From positions 103,232,001-103,296,000 of the forward strand of contig NC_058373.1 in the NCBI RefSeq assembly GCF_018350175.1: a stretch of DNA of 64,000 nucleotides, given 5' to 3'. This DNA comes from Felis catus (Eukaryota). Shown here in pieces: positions 36,631 through 49,529 of this stretch. The notes under the pieces are model-generated. The model did no database searches. It saw only the letters and a list, made by a program, of their open reading frames with translations, and was not told the origin of the DNA. The number at the start of each line of letters is the position of its first letter. The first letter of the stretch is position 1. A program made the position numbers and the translations under genes.

Positions 36631-38249
36631 TTCAGCTAGGTTACTGCCTTTTACGTGTTTTAATAACTTGTTCTGTGTCCTGTACCTGCGAGTACTACTA
36701 TATTAACAAGAGGTCATACATTGTCCAAGGCCTGGCACTTCAGGAAGTGTTTTTGGAGCGTGTTGCATATGCTCTCTTGTATCTCGGGCTGCTCTATCCC
36801 ATCGTTCGGTCCTCCACAAAGCTCCTCCTTGCTTGTAGTGGTGGAGTGTTTGGACCAGGTGTACTTTGTTTGCTTGTTGAGGTAACTCTGGAAAAAAGAA
36901 AAGGGTGGGGAAAACCTCATCCCATACGAAGAAAAAAAAAATGGAAGGGGTGGAGAAAAAAAGACCAGACAGAGAATCAAACTATAAGGCTTAATCCAGA
37001 GAAAGAGAAAAATAAAGAAGAAGGAGATATAGAAAAGGTGTAAAAAGAATAGAGTAAAAACATGAACAAAGAAAGAAAGAAAAAAATACATATATATAGT
37101 AAGAATTGACCAAAAATGAAGTCAAACTATGAGCCTGATTCCAAAGGAATAAAAAAGAGGAGGGTAGAAAGAAAAAAGAGGGAAAAGAGAAGGAAAGAAA
37201 AGAGAAAAACGCACGAATATACAAAACCGCATGACTGTTGTCTGTTGGTGCCTGGGACCAGTGGTTGTGCTGGTCTGGAGGAGAGGCCGTCTGGGTCGGT
37301 CAGTGTCAGTCCCGCTTGGGTAGATCAGCAGTTACCAGGCACGGAGTTGTGGGGTTTGATGTTAAGCGGCGCTGCCTCCGCTGGGGGCTGCTGTGCTGTT
37401 GCCTGAAACCCCACCGTGTTGGTGATGGGGAGAAAAATGGCGACACCCCAGTCTCTCCTCCCCAGGTGGGGTGTCCCAAACCACGCTGTTCATGCAGCCC
37501 TCACAGAATAGCCCAGGGGGCTGGCATGTCCCGTTCCCCAGTCTCCCACACCTCCCAGGCTCTCTTCTGGGATTCAAAACCCGATGTCTTAAGGGATCCT
37601 GTACAGCCAGACTTGGTTCTGGGGTAGCACTACCCCACCCTGCTGATATGGCTGGCACCAGCAGGGTCTTTGGTCCTTGTTGGGGGGTGGGGGCCATATA
37701 CCCTCTTCCCACAGTACTCAAGGGAGAAGACTGTGGTCTTCCAGTGTGCCCTTGAGATCGCTGCTGAGCCCGGGCTGGCTCACCTCCCCCGCACACACAT
37801 GGCAGCTTTGGTCTGGATTTGAAAGTCTGGTACTTTTGAAAACTCTGATTTTCAGTTCCTAAAGCTGTTTGCAGAGGAGAGACTGGTGCTCTCCTTATTT
37901 CTTGTTCCCCAGTTCATGGTCTGGAGAGGTTTTTCTCTTGTCCTAACACAAAAAAATCTCTCCCCTCTGTGCCCACTCTGTCTTATGTCTCCCAATTTGC
38001 ATACACACACCTCTGCCCTGCCAGCCTGCCTCCCTTCACCTGTGGGGATAGTCTAGGAGATTTTTCTGCAGAAAGAATTCCTGGGTGTTCCAAGTGTTCT
38101 GACCTCCATACAGTTGTGTTTGAGGGATGAGGGAAATCCTGGCCCCCTACTTCTCCCACATCTTAATTCCTCCCAAGCTGTACTAGTTTTTTTAAAGGAC
38201 TTACAGTTTCAAAGCTTTGCAAAATAAAATGTTGTGGAAAAGTGAGGAT

Positions 38250-39525
38250 AAAAATAAAGGTTTGCCAAATAAATCTCCTAGAATGTAGAACAGAAAAAAC
38301 AAGTGTTGTAAATTAAGGGGGTAAAAAATAGGATCAGTCTAGGAAGTCTAACATCCAGTTAGTATGAACCTTACAAAGAGTAAGCAAAGAGGAAGGAGAG
38401 GAGTTATCAAAGGAATAATGGAATCAAATGAGATAAAACATCCCAGAATTGATGATGGATCTTCAGATTGAATATTCACACTAAGTGCCCAACACTGTGG
38501 TAGAACAAAAGCCACTTAAAGGCACGTCATTGTGAAGTGCAGAACACCAGAGATAAAGAATCCTGATAGCTTCCAGAGAGAGAAATCATCCCTGTAAAGG
38601 TCAAGGAATTAGAGAGACCCCTGGTCTTTGTATTAGCAACACAGTGAAGCAATACCTTCAAAATTGTGAATGAAAATGATTCCCAGCCTAAAGTTCTATT
38701 TCCTGTTAAACTATCAACAAGATAGTTTGTGAATGTGAGTGATGTAAACCTTTAACTGCCTGGACCTTTCTCGTGAAGCCAAGAAAGGATGTGCTGTATC
38801 TGGGTAAATGAGGGAGTAAATGAAGAGGAATGCATGGGATCCAGGTAATCTCCAGCAGAAGAGAAAGGCAAAGGGGTCTCCCAGAATGATACAGGGAACC
38901 CCAGGATGGCAACTGTAGAGCAGGCCCAGGGAATATTCCATCCAGATTGGAGCAAAAGACTGAAGATTTATAAGTGAGAATATCCAAGAAAAAACTTGGA
39001 TCCAATGAGTGTTACATAGGACTGCGTTGAGAGAGTTCTAGACTCCCATGGGATAGTCTGGGAGTTTATCAATAATCAGCACAAACAAAATAAATTCAAG
39101 GATAAGCAAAGCTTTAGGTAACATAACAAGTTGAACAAGAAATTTAACCATAGTTCACTGCAGGGCTCAGCTCTGAACAATGTTAATATAGTAAAAATAA
39201 TACCAACAGTAAATATTGTTTTAACCAAAAATTGTAGCTAAACCCTATTGGAAGAATGAAAAGGGTGTGTTGATGTTGATGAGGGGAGGGGTATGGAGAA
39301 GGAAGAAGGAAAGATCAGTCAGTGGTTAATGCCTGAAATTGGAAAGTATGCTGTTTAAAATTACAAAAGAAATTAAGAAACCACCACCAGAGTTGAAGTG
39401 GTTTTCTCCGGGAGGGGAAATCAAGAAAGGGAGAGTGGGGCAGAGCTTCTGTGTTTCTTTTTAAACCTCACAGAATAATTTGAGTTTCAGACAATGTACA
39501 TGTATTTTTTAAATAAAAATTTTAC
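38250..39525 (+). mobile_element. HAL1 (half-L1) remnant
   Basis: Degenerate ORF1-like sequence (gaagcaataccttcaaaattgtgaatgaaaatgattcccagccta...aaactatcaa) with no ORF2. Ends in atgtacatgtattttttaaataaaaat. Confidence 0.7.
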
Positions 39526-40419
39526 AAGAAGGGGAAGCTAGAGACCAATAGGATGGGCTTGCTGTATTACGGAAACATGTTGTGGAATTATCAAGTGAAA
39601 GACTCAAAATAGGAGTGTTTAGTCAGATTGGTTCAATTTTAAGATGGCCAGATGTAAAGAAATGATGAAGGCTAGAGAACGGCCTTGAGGGTAGATGAAT
39701 ACGGGGAAAGTCTGCAGTTAATGATGTCAATGAACTGAATGGCCAAGGTTCCATTTGACTGCTAAGTGTGTCACAATTGCCCACAATAATGGCAGGATTT
39801 GGGGTACCAGGTAGACAGCACCTGGGGTTCGTCTTCAGTCTGAAGCCCATTGTCAGTAAGTATTACTGTTGACTCCACTATTACTGTCTGACCTGTGGCT
39901 GGACCTCTTCAGCGTTTTCCCTCCATGTAAATGAAAAATGAACGTCTGTCTCTCTAATTAAAAATCATTGGAATAAACCATTGTAACTTTTGGTGGTATC
40001 ATTCGTTTGCTTGTTTTTAAGGAACTACCAGGAGTTTCTGGGTGCAGTTCACACTTTCTGAACATCTTGTATATGCAAGATTTCTAAGCCATTCAGAAGC
40101 TTTTTTAGCCTACCTGTGATTCTTTATCCTGCAACGCAACCAACTGAGAAGCCACATAAGAGAAAATAAAAATCTCAGGTCTTTGAGCATTTGCCCCATC
40201 ACCTCTGCTGGGGAAGGCAGCTTCCAGCCCCGAAGCAACTCTTGCTTGTTACTGTACATGTCCTCGGTTGCCTAGTTGCTGACTGACTGGTTCTGGACGT
40301 TGAGAAGGTTGTCATGAGGTCACAAGGTGATTAGATTGTTTTGGGTTGGTAGGTAGACCTCTGGGTTGAGATGTCATGGTATCGTTCTGGCCTGTCATCG
40401 TCTGTGAAGTATACCATCA

Positions 40420-40650
40420 CACTGTCCCCTCTTCTCCCTGACATCCACAGGCTGGGTTGAATGCTCACATGGTATTTAGTGTGCACCTCTTATAGAACAC
40501 CTCGTATTTTGTATTGTACATATTTTCAGACAAGTTTTCCAACCTTGTTAGAGTGCAGAGCATATTCTATTAATGTGTGTTTCTTCAGCTCTAAACATAG
40601 TCCCTGGCACATAGTGAGAAATAAATAGGTTTTGGGTGGATGGATTAGTG
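40420..40650 (+). mobile_element. L2 3' fragment
   Basis: aaacatagtccctggcacatagtgagaaataaataggttttgggtggatgga is an L2 terminus. Confidence 0.65.
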
Positions 40651-42840
40651 ACTGTAAATTAGATAGGCATTTGACTGATATTAAAGTTCTAGAGAGACTT
40701 TGTTGTAAAAGCATTAAGTGTGTTATTTTGTATTTACTCTTTCTAGCTGGTGAAGTTGCCCCATGACTGAATTCCAAGTCACAGGCCAGGTAGGGATACT
40801 GATAAGAGGCTCGTTAATCCCCCTCATCCCCACAGATCTAGCTAAGTCACTTCTTTCCCTTGTTTGAAGAGGAAAAATCCATGCTACCAAAACTCGTAAT
40901 CCTACAAATCCATACAGGTTGGCTCTCCCCAGGAGGGGAAGTGTGGTTCTGTGGAACATTGAAATCAGTGATCTGAAGTCCTATAGCTCACCCAGACACC
41001 ATTGGTCTCAGGTATCCCCTGTTCTCTTCCCTGGCCAGCTGGGCCCCTGGCCTCTGAGGGAGAGCCTCTGTGTCTGTGACCCTGACCTCCCACACAGGTT
41101 TATCTGAGCTCCCACAGGGGAATTGGAAGACACAACCTATGAGATGAAAGGGGTGGCCTGTGACAGGCTTTCTGAGGACCACTGAAGCTTCTTGATGCTG
41201 CCTTATTGATTTGCTTTTGGAGGAAGAGGATTGTGACTTAGAAATGCTCTGTCATCGTCCTACAGGTGACAGCTTTGCTGCCGAGCTCAGGCAGTAAACG
41301 TCTGACGGTGCTGTGGAGAACAGTACCATTCACCATAACCCTCACTCTTCCCTGCTGGTGTTCTGGGGGCAGGAAGGGACAGGGACATGTGTTCCAGTGA
41401 CCAGTCTGGGCAGGTACTCAGGCGGAGCATACACCTGCCCTACAGGAGGGGGGTGGCAGGAGCCATGACTACGAAATCAAGCTGAGGCCAATAGGCAGGC
41501 ACAGCAGAGGTGCTGGGGATGAAAGCTGGCTTGGGAGGCAGGGTCCGGAGGTTTTTGGTCAATGCCTGCTGCGTGTGCCTTTTTTGGGAGCCTAGCCTGG
41601 AAGTGGATGGCAGGGTTCTCTTCCCTGACCTGCAGCTTGCCTGTTGTTGCCCCTCGCTCTTCTTACCAACTCACGTTCATCTTTAGAATAATTTCTAAAA
41701 TCAGACAGTGACTGTACAGGCAGATTGCCTCAAGTATCAGATTATAAAGAACAGGAACTCTAGCCTTGGGAGACATTCTTATCACTTCCTCAGGAAGTAG
41801 AGAAACCAACTAGGTAATGGTATCTTTTCTCCTCTAACACATGTGGATGAAGTTACAGTTTGTATCATTATGAATAATTTGTATTTCTCTTTTGCATTCT
41901 ACCTTTCTTGCCCAGGCAAGGGGTTTGCACAGTAGAGACAGAAGGAGATCCAGAAAGGAATTAGCTTGTTGCAAGTGCCGGGAGCAGCACACTTGAAAGG
42001 TCATAGAGGGCAGGGTCAGGTTAGTAGGGGAGGCTGAGGGTGAGCCCCGCTGGGAAGCTTAGGGCAGGTCCCTGGAATAGAGGGGCAAAGGCTAGACTGC
42101 AGAACGGGAAGTGGAAAAGAGCTGGGATTGAAGTAGCAAGGGTGGACTGTGGTCCCGAAGAAGTTTGGCGATTTGATGATGAAGGGAAGACTGCTGGTGG
42201 TTTTAGGACGAAATGGCAAAAATATGTTTGGGAGTAAAGTTAATAAGCCAGTGGAAGGGCAGGGGGGATTGAAGTACCAAGAGCAGGGCTCAGAGTGAGC
42301 ATTATTGATAATGAGTAGGAAGATACCTAAGCAAAAAGCTTAGGTTTATTTGTTTTAATCCTGAGGGATAAATCAATCTGAATGACAAATAGGGACCTCA
42401 TGCCGTGGTAATGTTTAATGACTCGTTGATAAGGCTTGTCCCAATGTCACTATGATGTAATTCAGTGCAACTCCTGGATCCCAAATTAGGATCCTTAAGG
42501 AAGTATGTTCTTAAATTAATTACGATGCAGAATCGGAACATTTGTCTTGCTTTCTCACCTTAGCTCAGGGACTGGGGAAGCCGCCAGCAGAGATGGGAGT
42601 CTGCCACCGTGAAGCATGGAGCTCAGGGTGGGGAAGCTGGGGAGAGGGGGCTAGAAGGTATCGAGCCCTATGCTGTGACTTTGAGACAAGAAGTGATGCT
42701 ATTTTTTTTCTCTGAATTCGTTTTCGGACGTTAATGGTACTCATCGCTTGGATTGACTGGGTTTGGGGAGTATAGTGTGAAATATCCACACAGGGATAGC
42801 ATGCCCATGTGTGCTGCTTTTTGTAAGTATCCTTATTTTT

Positions 42841-43069
42841 ATTTTTTTTATTTTAATTTTTTTTTTCAACGTTTATTTATTTTTGGGACAGAGAGAGACA
42901 GAGCATGAACGGGGGAGGGGCAGAGAGAGAGGGAGACACAGAATCGGAAACAGGCTCCAGGCTCTGAGCCATCAGCCCAGAGCCTGACGCGGGGCTCGAA
43001 CTCCCGGACCGCGAGATCGTGACCTGGCTGAAGTCGGACGCTTAACCGACTGCGCCACCCAGGCGCCCC
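42841..43069 (-). mobile_element. Young felid SINE (SINEC_Fc-type)
   Basis: CpGs retained throughout. Perfect TSD agtatccttattttt at 42826-42840 and 43070-43084. Confidence 0.97.
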
Positions 43070-44871
43070 AGTATCCTTATTTTTAGTCTCTCCTCCAAGT
43101 TTTCCTCCTGAGCATGCCCAATAGGATGAATTTTAGCAAGTGATTTCTTCTTGGGTTTGTCCTCTTGGTAGGAAGAGGCTTCAGGCCCAGGTGACCCAGA
43201 AGGAACTAAACTTCGGGTCAGTTGTAATTATGCATCCGGGGAAGCTTTGGAGGGAGCTGGTGTGCATGGCCACCTCTAGAGTTCTGAAGATGGATATGCT
43301 ACTTTCTTTGGTGGAACACTTAATGTATATTTTCTGTCGCTAAGATATTTAGACTTTGAGGGACACAGCAACAGCATTTTAAAGTTCAGCATTTGATGAG
43401 TGGGAGAGAAAGTTGGGAGGGTAGCCTTAGCGGGGGCAAGGTTGGGGGGTGATATCGAGAATGTGATGAATGCCACACAGAGGGGCTCCTTTTGGACCTT
43501 TCCTCCCCACCTATGGTGTATCAGCGAACTGGACCAAGACAGTCTGACCTTCCGGGTTCATTGCGTCGGATGAGAAATGGTCAAGGAGATGACCAGTGTG
43601 CTACTGTGCTCCCTGCTCTGAGAGTGGAGCTCATGACCGCAGATGATTGTGTGGGGTTAGCGTTCTTCTTGAACATCTACCTTTTGCTGATTTTCCTCCC
43701 TCCCTCCCCTCTCCCCCCCCCCCCCTTTTTTGAGATGCTGGGAATTTTAATAATTGTTTTACTTAAACCTATATTCGGAAAATTTTGAGTTACTAGTCTC
43801 ACAGTTGATGAGCGATTTGAGCAAAGGAGGTATCAGTAATTAATAGGTGCTTTTTGCTTCCCTCTGCCAGCACATCTCCTTCATTAATTGCATAATTGTG
43901 ATTATCCATGTAATAGTCTCACTTGGTAATCTAGATAAGGCGAAAAAAGATCTTCATCAGTTTTATTTTAAGGCTCAGCAATTATGATTGTTCTTATCCT
44001 CAGAAGGATACTTGGTAATAGTAAATCTATAGTGATAGACTTGGATGTGTTTTGCAGGCTAAACCCTTTTCATGAAGCATAAAGTGTTTTCAAGAGAGGG
44101 CATTTGAGGATAGATATCTCCCATGCTGTTGCTGTAGCAAAACAGCTCACAGAAAAACCAACTGAAGGGAAATGTAGCTGACTCCATTGTTAGAGAATAC
44201 TTTTGGGTGTACTTTTCACACAGATTTTGGGTTTCCTCAAATAGGCCGGTGGAAGGAAACAATACTTGTTTTCTAGATTTAAGACTTATTTATGGCCTTT
44301 AAAAAAAAAACCTAAGTTCATGAACCAAGACTAAAAGAATTAGTCAAAAACAAAATAAATCAGTTGTTGAAAATTCACATTGGGTGTAGACTATAATAAT
44401 ATTTTCAACTAAAGTCTCCATTTTGGTAGCAGAACACATGAGCTAAAGAGCATTTTATTTTCAAAATTAACGGGGCCTTAAGAAAGAAGCAGAGTCTTGA
44501 AATGTAGCCCAGTTTTGCAAATAAAAATTTTAATTGAACTCACGGTTGCTTAATTACACATGTCAGGTCTTGTCACTATCACCAGTGATGTGGAATTCAG
44601 GTACCTAATGTGCGCAAGCATGCTTAAAACCTACATAACTTGACTACAGTGTAATAACACTGCAATGACTTTTAGAAATCATGCAGTTTCATTTTGTAGT
44701 CCCATTTCATGTTGTGACGACACTCCGGAATATGTATCATACCTGTGTTAGTGTTATATTTTTATACAAAGAATACATGTTAGCACTGCATGGGAACTGC
44801 TTAATCTGGCTTATATTTTGCAAAACTGTCATCTCTAAGCTTTCAAGGTGGCATTTAATTGTGTTTATTTT

Positions 44872-45084
44872 TAAAAAATTGTTTTAATGTTTATTTTTGA
44901 GAGAGAGGGAGCGCATGCGTGCGCGAGTGGGGGAGAGGCAGAGAGAGAGGAAGACACAGAATCTGAAGCAGGCTCCAGACTCTGAGCTGTCAGCACAGAA
45001 CCCGATGCAGGGCTCGAACTCACGAACTGTGAGATCATGACCTGAGCTGAAGTCGAATGCTTAACTGAGCCACCCAGGCACCCC
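44872..45084 (-). mobile_element. CAN-SINE (SINEC)
   Basis: gacacagaatctgaagcaggctccag...tgagccacccaggcacccc. Confidence 0.93.
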
Positions 45085-46139
45085 TGGGTGTTTCTTTAAT
45101 CAGCATTATGGAAAAATGAAAACAAAAAACAAAACCCTGTCTGCAGTTGCTTTAATGTGCATAGGAAATAATTCATCTTCTATTTGGTTTGTGTAGATTC
45201 TTGACCAGGGGATGGGGTTGAGACTGTTAGGTCTTGGAATGGCACTCAGCTGCACCTGTTTGGCTGTGGTGTTATTTGTTAAGGTTCCTTTCTGTTTTGT
45301 CTTCTGCCTTCTGAACCAGTTGTGGAGTTATGCTATGCTCAATCTCATCCTCTCGATTCATTTCCAAGTTTATTATAACAGTATATTGAACTATTTGTTC
45401 AGCCAAATGTGAGCTGTTATTGTTGGATATCCAGGCAGGGCTGTTACTTTGTAAAGTACACATATTCATACCCGACAAGACATACACATAGGCGGTTTCG
45501 TCCTGCAAACGTAGTAGCTCCTAGAGGCAGATATTTCACATAATTGGTATCATTTTTTTCAAAAGTATAATTCTCTGTCCTAGCTGCAATGTCTGAGTTT
45601 TCATACATTTGATGATAGTTTTTCAGCAAACACTGGTAGGCAGTTAGAAACCAATTGTGATTGCATTCATTTTAATCTAATTCAGAGGGAAGAAAGCGGG
45701 CAGGGGCCGTGTTGAGAGCTCTACTGCTATCAGGATTCATGTCACTGGGGCTCAGGTTTCTGGCTCCTCTGAAAAAGCAAATTCGGTTATTTGGCATTTG
45801 CTTCCCCGGCAGACACTGGCTCTTTGCCTTGACCTGTTGACAGTTACTGCTTCTCCTGAGGCTGCTTAGCCTGCATTGTTACGAGGTCCCTAAGAATAAT
45901 TTTGCTTACCTATATCTTCATTTAAGAATTTAATCATTTCCAAACATGTCCTAAATTATTTAGTCCTTTGTCAGCATCGCAATTCAGTTCTAGGAGTTTT
46001 TTATTTGTTGGCTTTTGTTTTTTAAGCTTTCGCTGTGGGCTTCATAGTGTGTTAAATACATCAAGGAAAGCATTTCCAAACAGGTGTTCTTATTTTTCTG
46101 ATAATAGAATTTGTTGTATTCTCTGCCACTTTATAGCTT

Positions 46140-46290
46140 CACACACTTCTCATTTGATGGTAGTAATAGTCCTGTGAGGCAGAAATGTAAACAGTGTGTC
46201 TCCCTTGCTCACAGGTGAGGAAACTGAGGCCGTGGGAGGGTCCACACAGTTTGTAAGCATCACACGTGGTTCTGCCCCCATGAACCTTAC
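46140..46290 (-). mobile_element. MIR fragment
   Basis: acaggtgaggaaactgaggcc is the MIR core. Confidence 0.6.
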
Positions 46291-46734
46291 AGATGAGGTC
46301 AGTGTCTTGTGGCTGCGGTAGGCAGAGGGCTCCTGAATGACATCTGAGGCGGGGCTCATTCTCTCCTCTACCTCACTACAGCAGGAAGCTTTTGAGTGTG
46401 CCATTTTTGAGCCTTTTATTAATGTTCTATAGCCTCTTCTCCACACTGAAAGCTAGACCCATGCTTCATCACAGGAAAAACAAAAAACAAAGCTACACGT
46501 AATAGGAAAAGGCGACTTATTTTATTGTTGTCTAACCTTTGAAATTTTCACATTTTGTCAGGCATCTGTTCCTTTCTGTGATCGTTGTTTTGATCCAATG
46601 TGGCCCTATTGCTTCATGGTTTGGTTTGCCTCCCCCGCGGCCTGTCCTTTACCAGCGCTTATCATCATCTCAAATATCTGTTGGGAAACACTATTTGTGT
46701 GCTCGCCCTCCTGCGCGGCTAGCTAATAAAGACT

Positions 46735-46945
46735 CCTGTTTATTAAGGGACGTTTGCCAGGCAAGCACATTCTGAGCCCACTTCACACAGCATCGCGTGT
46801 GATTCCTCCCACATTCCCTGTCAGTTGGTATTTTAGCCGTGGCTCTTTTGTAGATGAAAAGAGGGAGTATGATGAAGAAGCCTGTTGGATATCACACAGG
46901 TAGTAAGTGACAGAGCCGAGATTCGAGCCCTGTGTTGTCTGACTC
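46735..46945 (-). mobile_element. MIR
   Basis: ttttgtagatgaaaa...tcacacaggtagtaagtgacagagccgagattcgagccc...tctgactc. Confidence 0.7.
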
Positions 46946-49529
46946 TGGCCGGCGGTCTAATAAATGCACAGACTGATTCTGCCCCTGCCTTTGGCTTTTT
47001 CAGTAGCCGTGCCCTCTCATTTTCCTGGGACCTCTCCTTTCAGAGAATGTAATTTGTTTGTTTGTGTTAATAGCTAGTAGCTTTTGTACTTAAAGATTTG
47101 AATCTTGTTTTTCTGTTCTGATACTCAGTCGAGCAAAATTAATCGAGTGTTTAAAATAGAAGCCAAGAATTTCCGTTTCGTACTTCTACTTTTGGGGTTG
47201 TAGAGCAGAGAAGTTCCTCCAGGGGGATCTTGTGATAATAAAAATGATTGGTGTAGAAACCAACATGGCTGCTTCTTTAATTGTTGCCACTTTGGACACA
47301 TTCAAGGACTGTAGAAACCTTCTGTTGCTTAGAAGTTAATGTTTTGTGCCAAATTTTAAGGCTAATTTATTGCTGCCTACTCTTCTACCTCCCAGATGTT
47401 TTCTTTTATTGTTCCCAAGAGATGGAAATGTTATTCTGCTTTGTCTTTGTGGGTAATACATTTAGAAAATCAGATCCAAGACACCATGGGTGTGGGGAGG
47501 GGTGGGGGATGAGAACGTGGGTGGGAAGAAGAAGACAGAGAGAGGGAGATGGGATTTGATTTTCCAAGAAGATTACAGACTAAGCCACAAAAAGCTATTG
47601 GTCTGAAACTGGCGTGTTTGTAGAGAGCAGTATGGTTCACAGACGCAGAAGATTTGGTCAAAATGAAACGTGATGAGAGTTCTCGCGGACGATGAACACG
47701 GAGGAGGTGGTCCTGTGACGCTGTGTGCATATGAAAGCGTAGACAGCATTCTGGGGCTGCTTTTGCCTGGACTTTATAAAGGGCCTGGTCCTTCGGCTTT
47801 CTTGGGCTTGGCCAGGTCAGTTTCTTGTTCTTTTCCTTCACTTGCTTTTCCTCCAAAGTGATGGTATCTTCACATCCAAACCACATTGAGCATTCGTGTC
47901 TCTGAATTCTTGTTTCTTTTTTCACTCATGCTGACTTGCCTAAAGTTAACTGTTTTCAGCTCTCAACATTCTTGTAGCTTTTAATGTTCAGTCTCTACTC
48001 CTTTGTCATCCTTTCCTCACCCAGGAACTGCGAGAATGGTGTGTTTTACCCTCAGCACTCAGCTCTCAGAGCCATATCTCACCTTCTGCAGCAACCTCTC
48101 TATCCGTCTCGCAGGCTGTACAGTCAGGATCAGCGAGGAAGGTGACTCCAGGCTCTCTGAACTGCCAGGCACTCACAAGAGGCTCCTTAGCCCTGCTCCT
48201 AGGACTCCTTTGTTGTTTATAGACAATTCTTCACCGACTGATTAGTCCATTTCCATTTCTGTAGCCAACTTAAAAGCAGAAAATCAGATGAGGAAAGTTA
48301 CACATAGGTCGGTAAACTAAAAAGTGACATGACATACATTCATTTTATGCAGCTAGATTCATTTATTTCTCCATGTTTATAACTCGCCCCATTCCATAAA
48401 GGATTTGAGACTGCTGACATCCTTACAGAAAGAGTCCCTTGTTATGTCTTTAATGGATATAGGCTCCTTAAAGAAGCTCTGGATTGAAAAAACTCAGGCT
48501 GCAGAACAGATAACTGAAGTGTTGTGCTAACACTTTTTATTGCTCTATTAATGCTTGCCATGGGAATCCTATCACAAGCCGTCCAGGTAAACAGTAAAAG
48601 CAAACAACAGACACTGAGAACTTTCCTGTTTCACCAAACATGTTTCTTATCTGCAAGCTGCAGACACTTAGCTGTGGCTCGTTCCTTGCTTCTGCTGTCT
48701 TCAGACGGCACTAAACAAGAGGCGCACCACAGATGTGTCCCAGCTGCTGACTCCCTGTGACAGCACGCTCACCAGCACCAGGGCGACTACAGTGGGCCAT
48801 GCCATGGGAACAATGGTTTAATTCTGCAGCTTTAAAATCAGATTAACTTCATTTGTGCATAGACGCATGGTCAGGGGAGTGTTCTGTGGTTTGACACACA
48901 GATAATATCTGGCTGGAAGCTAGTATTTTGGGGGGAACATGACTAAAAACAAAATGATAGTTTTGAAGCAGCATAGCTATGAGACACAGCATGTGTCTAC
49001 GGTTTTCTTCTGGGGGGGGGGGAACAGTCAGAATCTTCCCCCTGCAAAAAATATCCGGAAACTAAGCAGTATCCACCTTGTGTTTTGGCATTTATATAGC
49101 AATTTGTACGAAAGGACAATACCGTATGATTCCAATGCTACTTGCTGATTTTTTCAAAACCGTGAGATGAAACCGTCAGTACATTTGCCCTTTGGGGTTT
49201 GAATTTTATTAAGAATATGACAAATGCAAAGGAGAAAGAGGCAGGAAAAATCTACCCCATGATGAAGACGGCAGGGTGGCGTAGCAAAACTTGAAAAGCC
49301 AGGTCTCCACGTAAATAATAGTTGGTGGGGAGCCAGCACCAAGGTAAGGAGAAGCTGAAGAAGGTGCTGTGAAAACGGGGAGCAGGACAATGAAACAACA
49401 TCCAGTGGCGCCAACCTTGGTGATTCAAACCCAGAATCCAATAAAGATTTCTGGAAAATATAGGTAGCCACACAGTTCAAATTGTACAGCTAATACATTT
49501 ATTCAGAGTTTTCGTAGAAACAGGGCATT

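Larger units (their letters stand above)
31725..38174 (-). mobile_element. Full-length (about 6.45 kb) inactive carnivore L1
   Basis: Minus-strand 5' end GGGAGGAATTAAGATG, 5' UTR, ORF1, ORF2 and 3' UTR in order. TSD ctgtactagtttttt at 31710-31724 and 38178-38192, with a TT/AAAA endonuclease site. Confidence 0.95.

Noticed and set aside
36609..37862. Several 94-144 aa ORFs on both strands
   Set aside because: They lie within the L1 5' UTR and its low-complexity tract, with no recognisable protein family.
41266..41300. Acceptor-like cctacAG followed by GDSFAAELRQ-stop
   Set aside because: Modest pyrimidine tract, no polyA signal or good donor nearby, and the peptide is not recognised.
47470..47925. 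151-aa minus-strand ORF and overlapping + ORF ending near a CAG/GTCAGT donor
   Set aside because: No recognisable homology, and no clear acceptor to pair with the donor.
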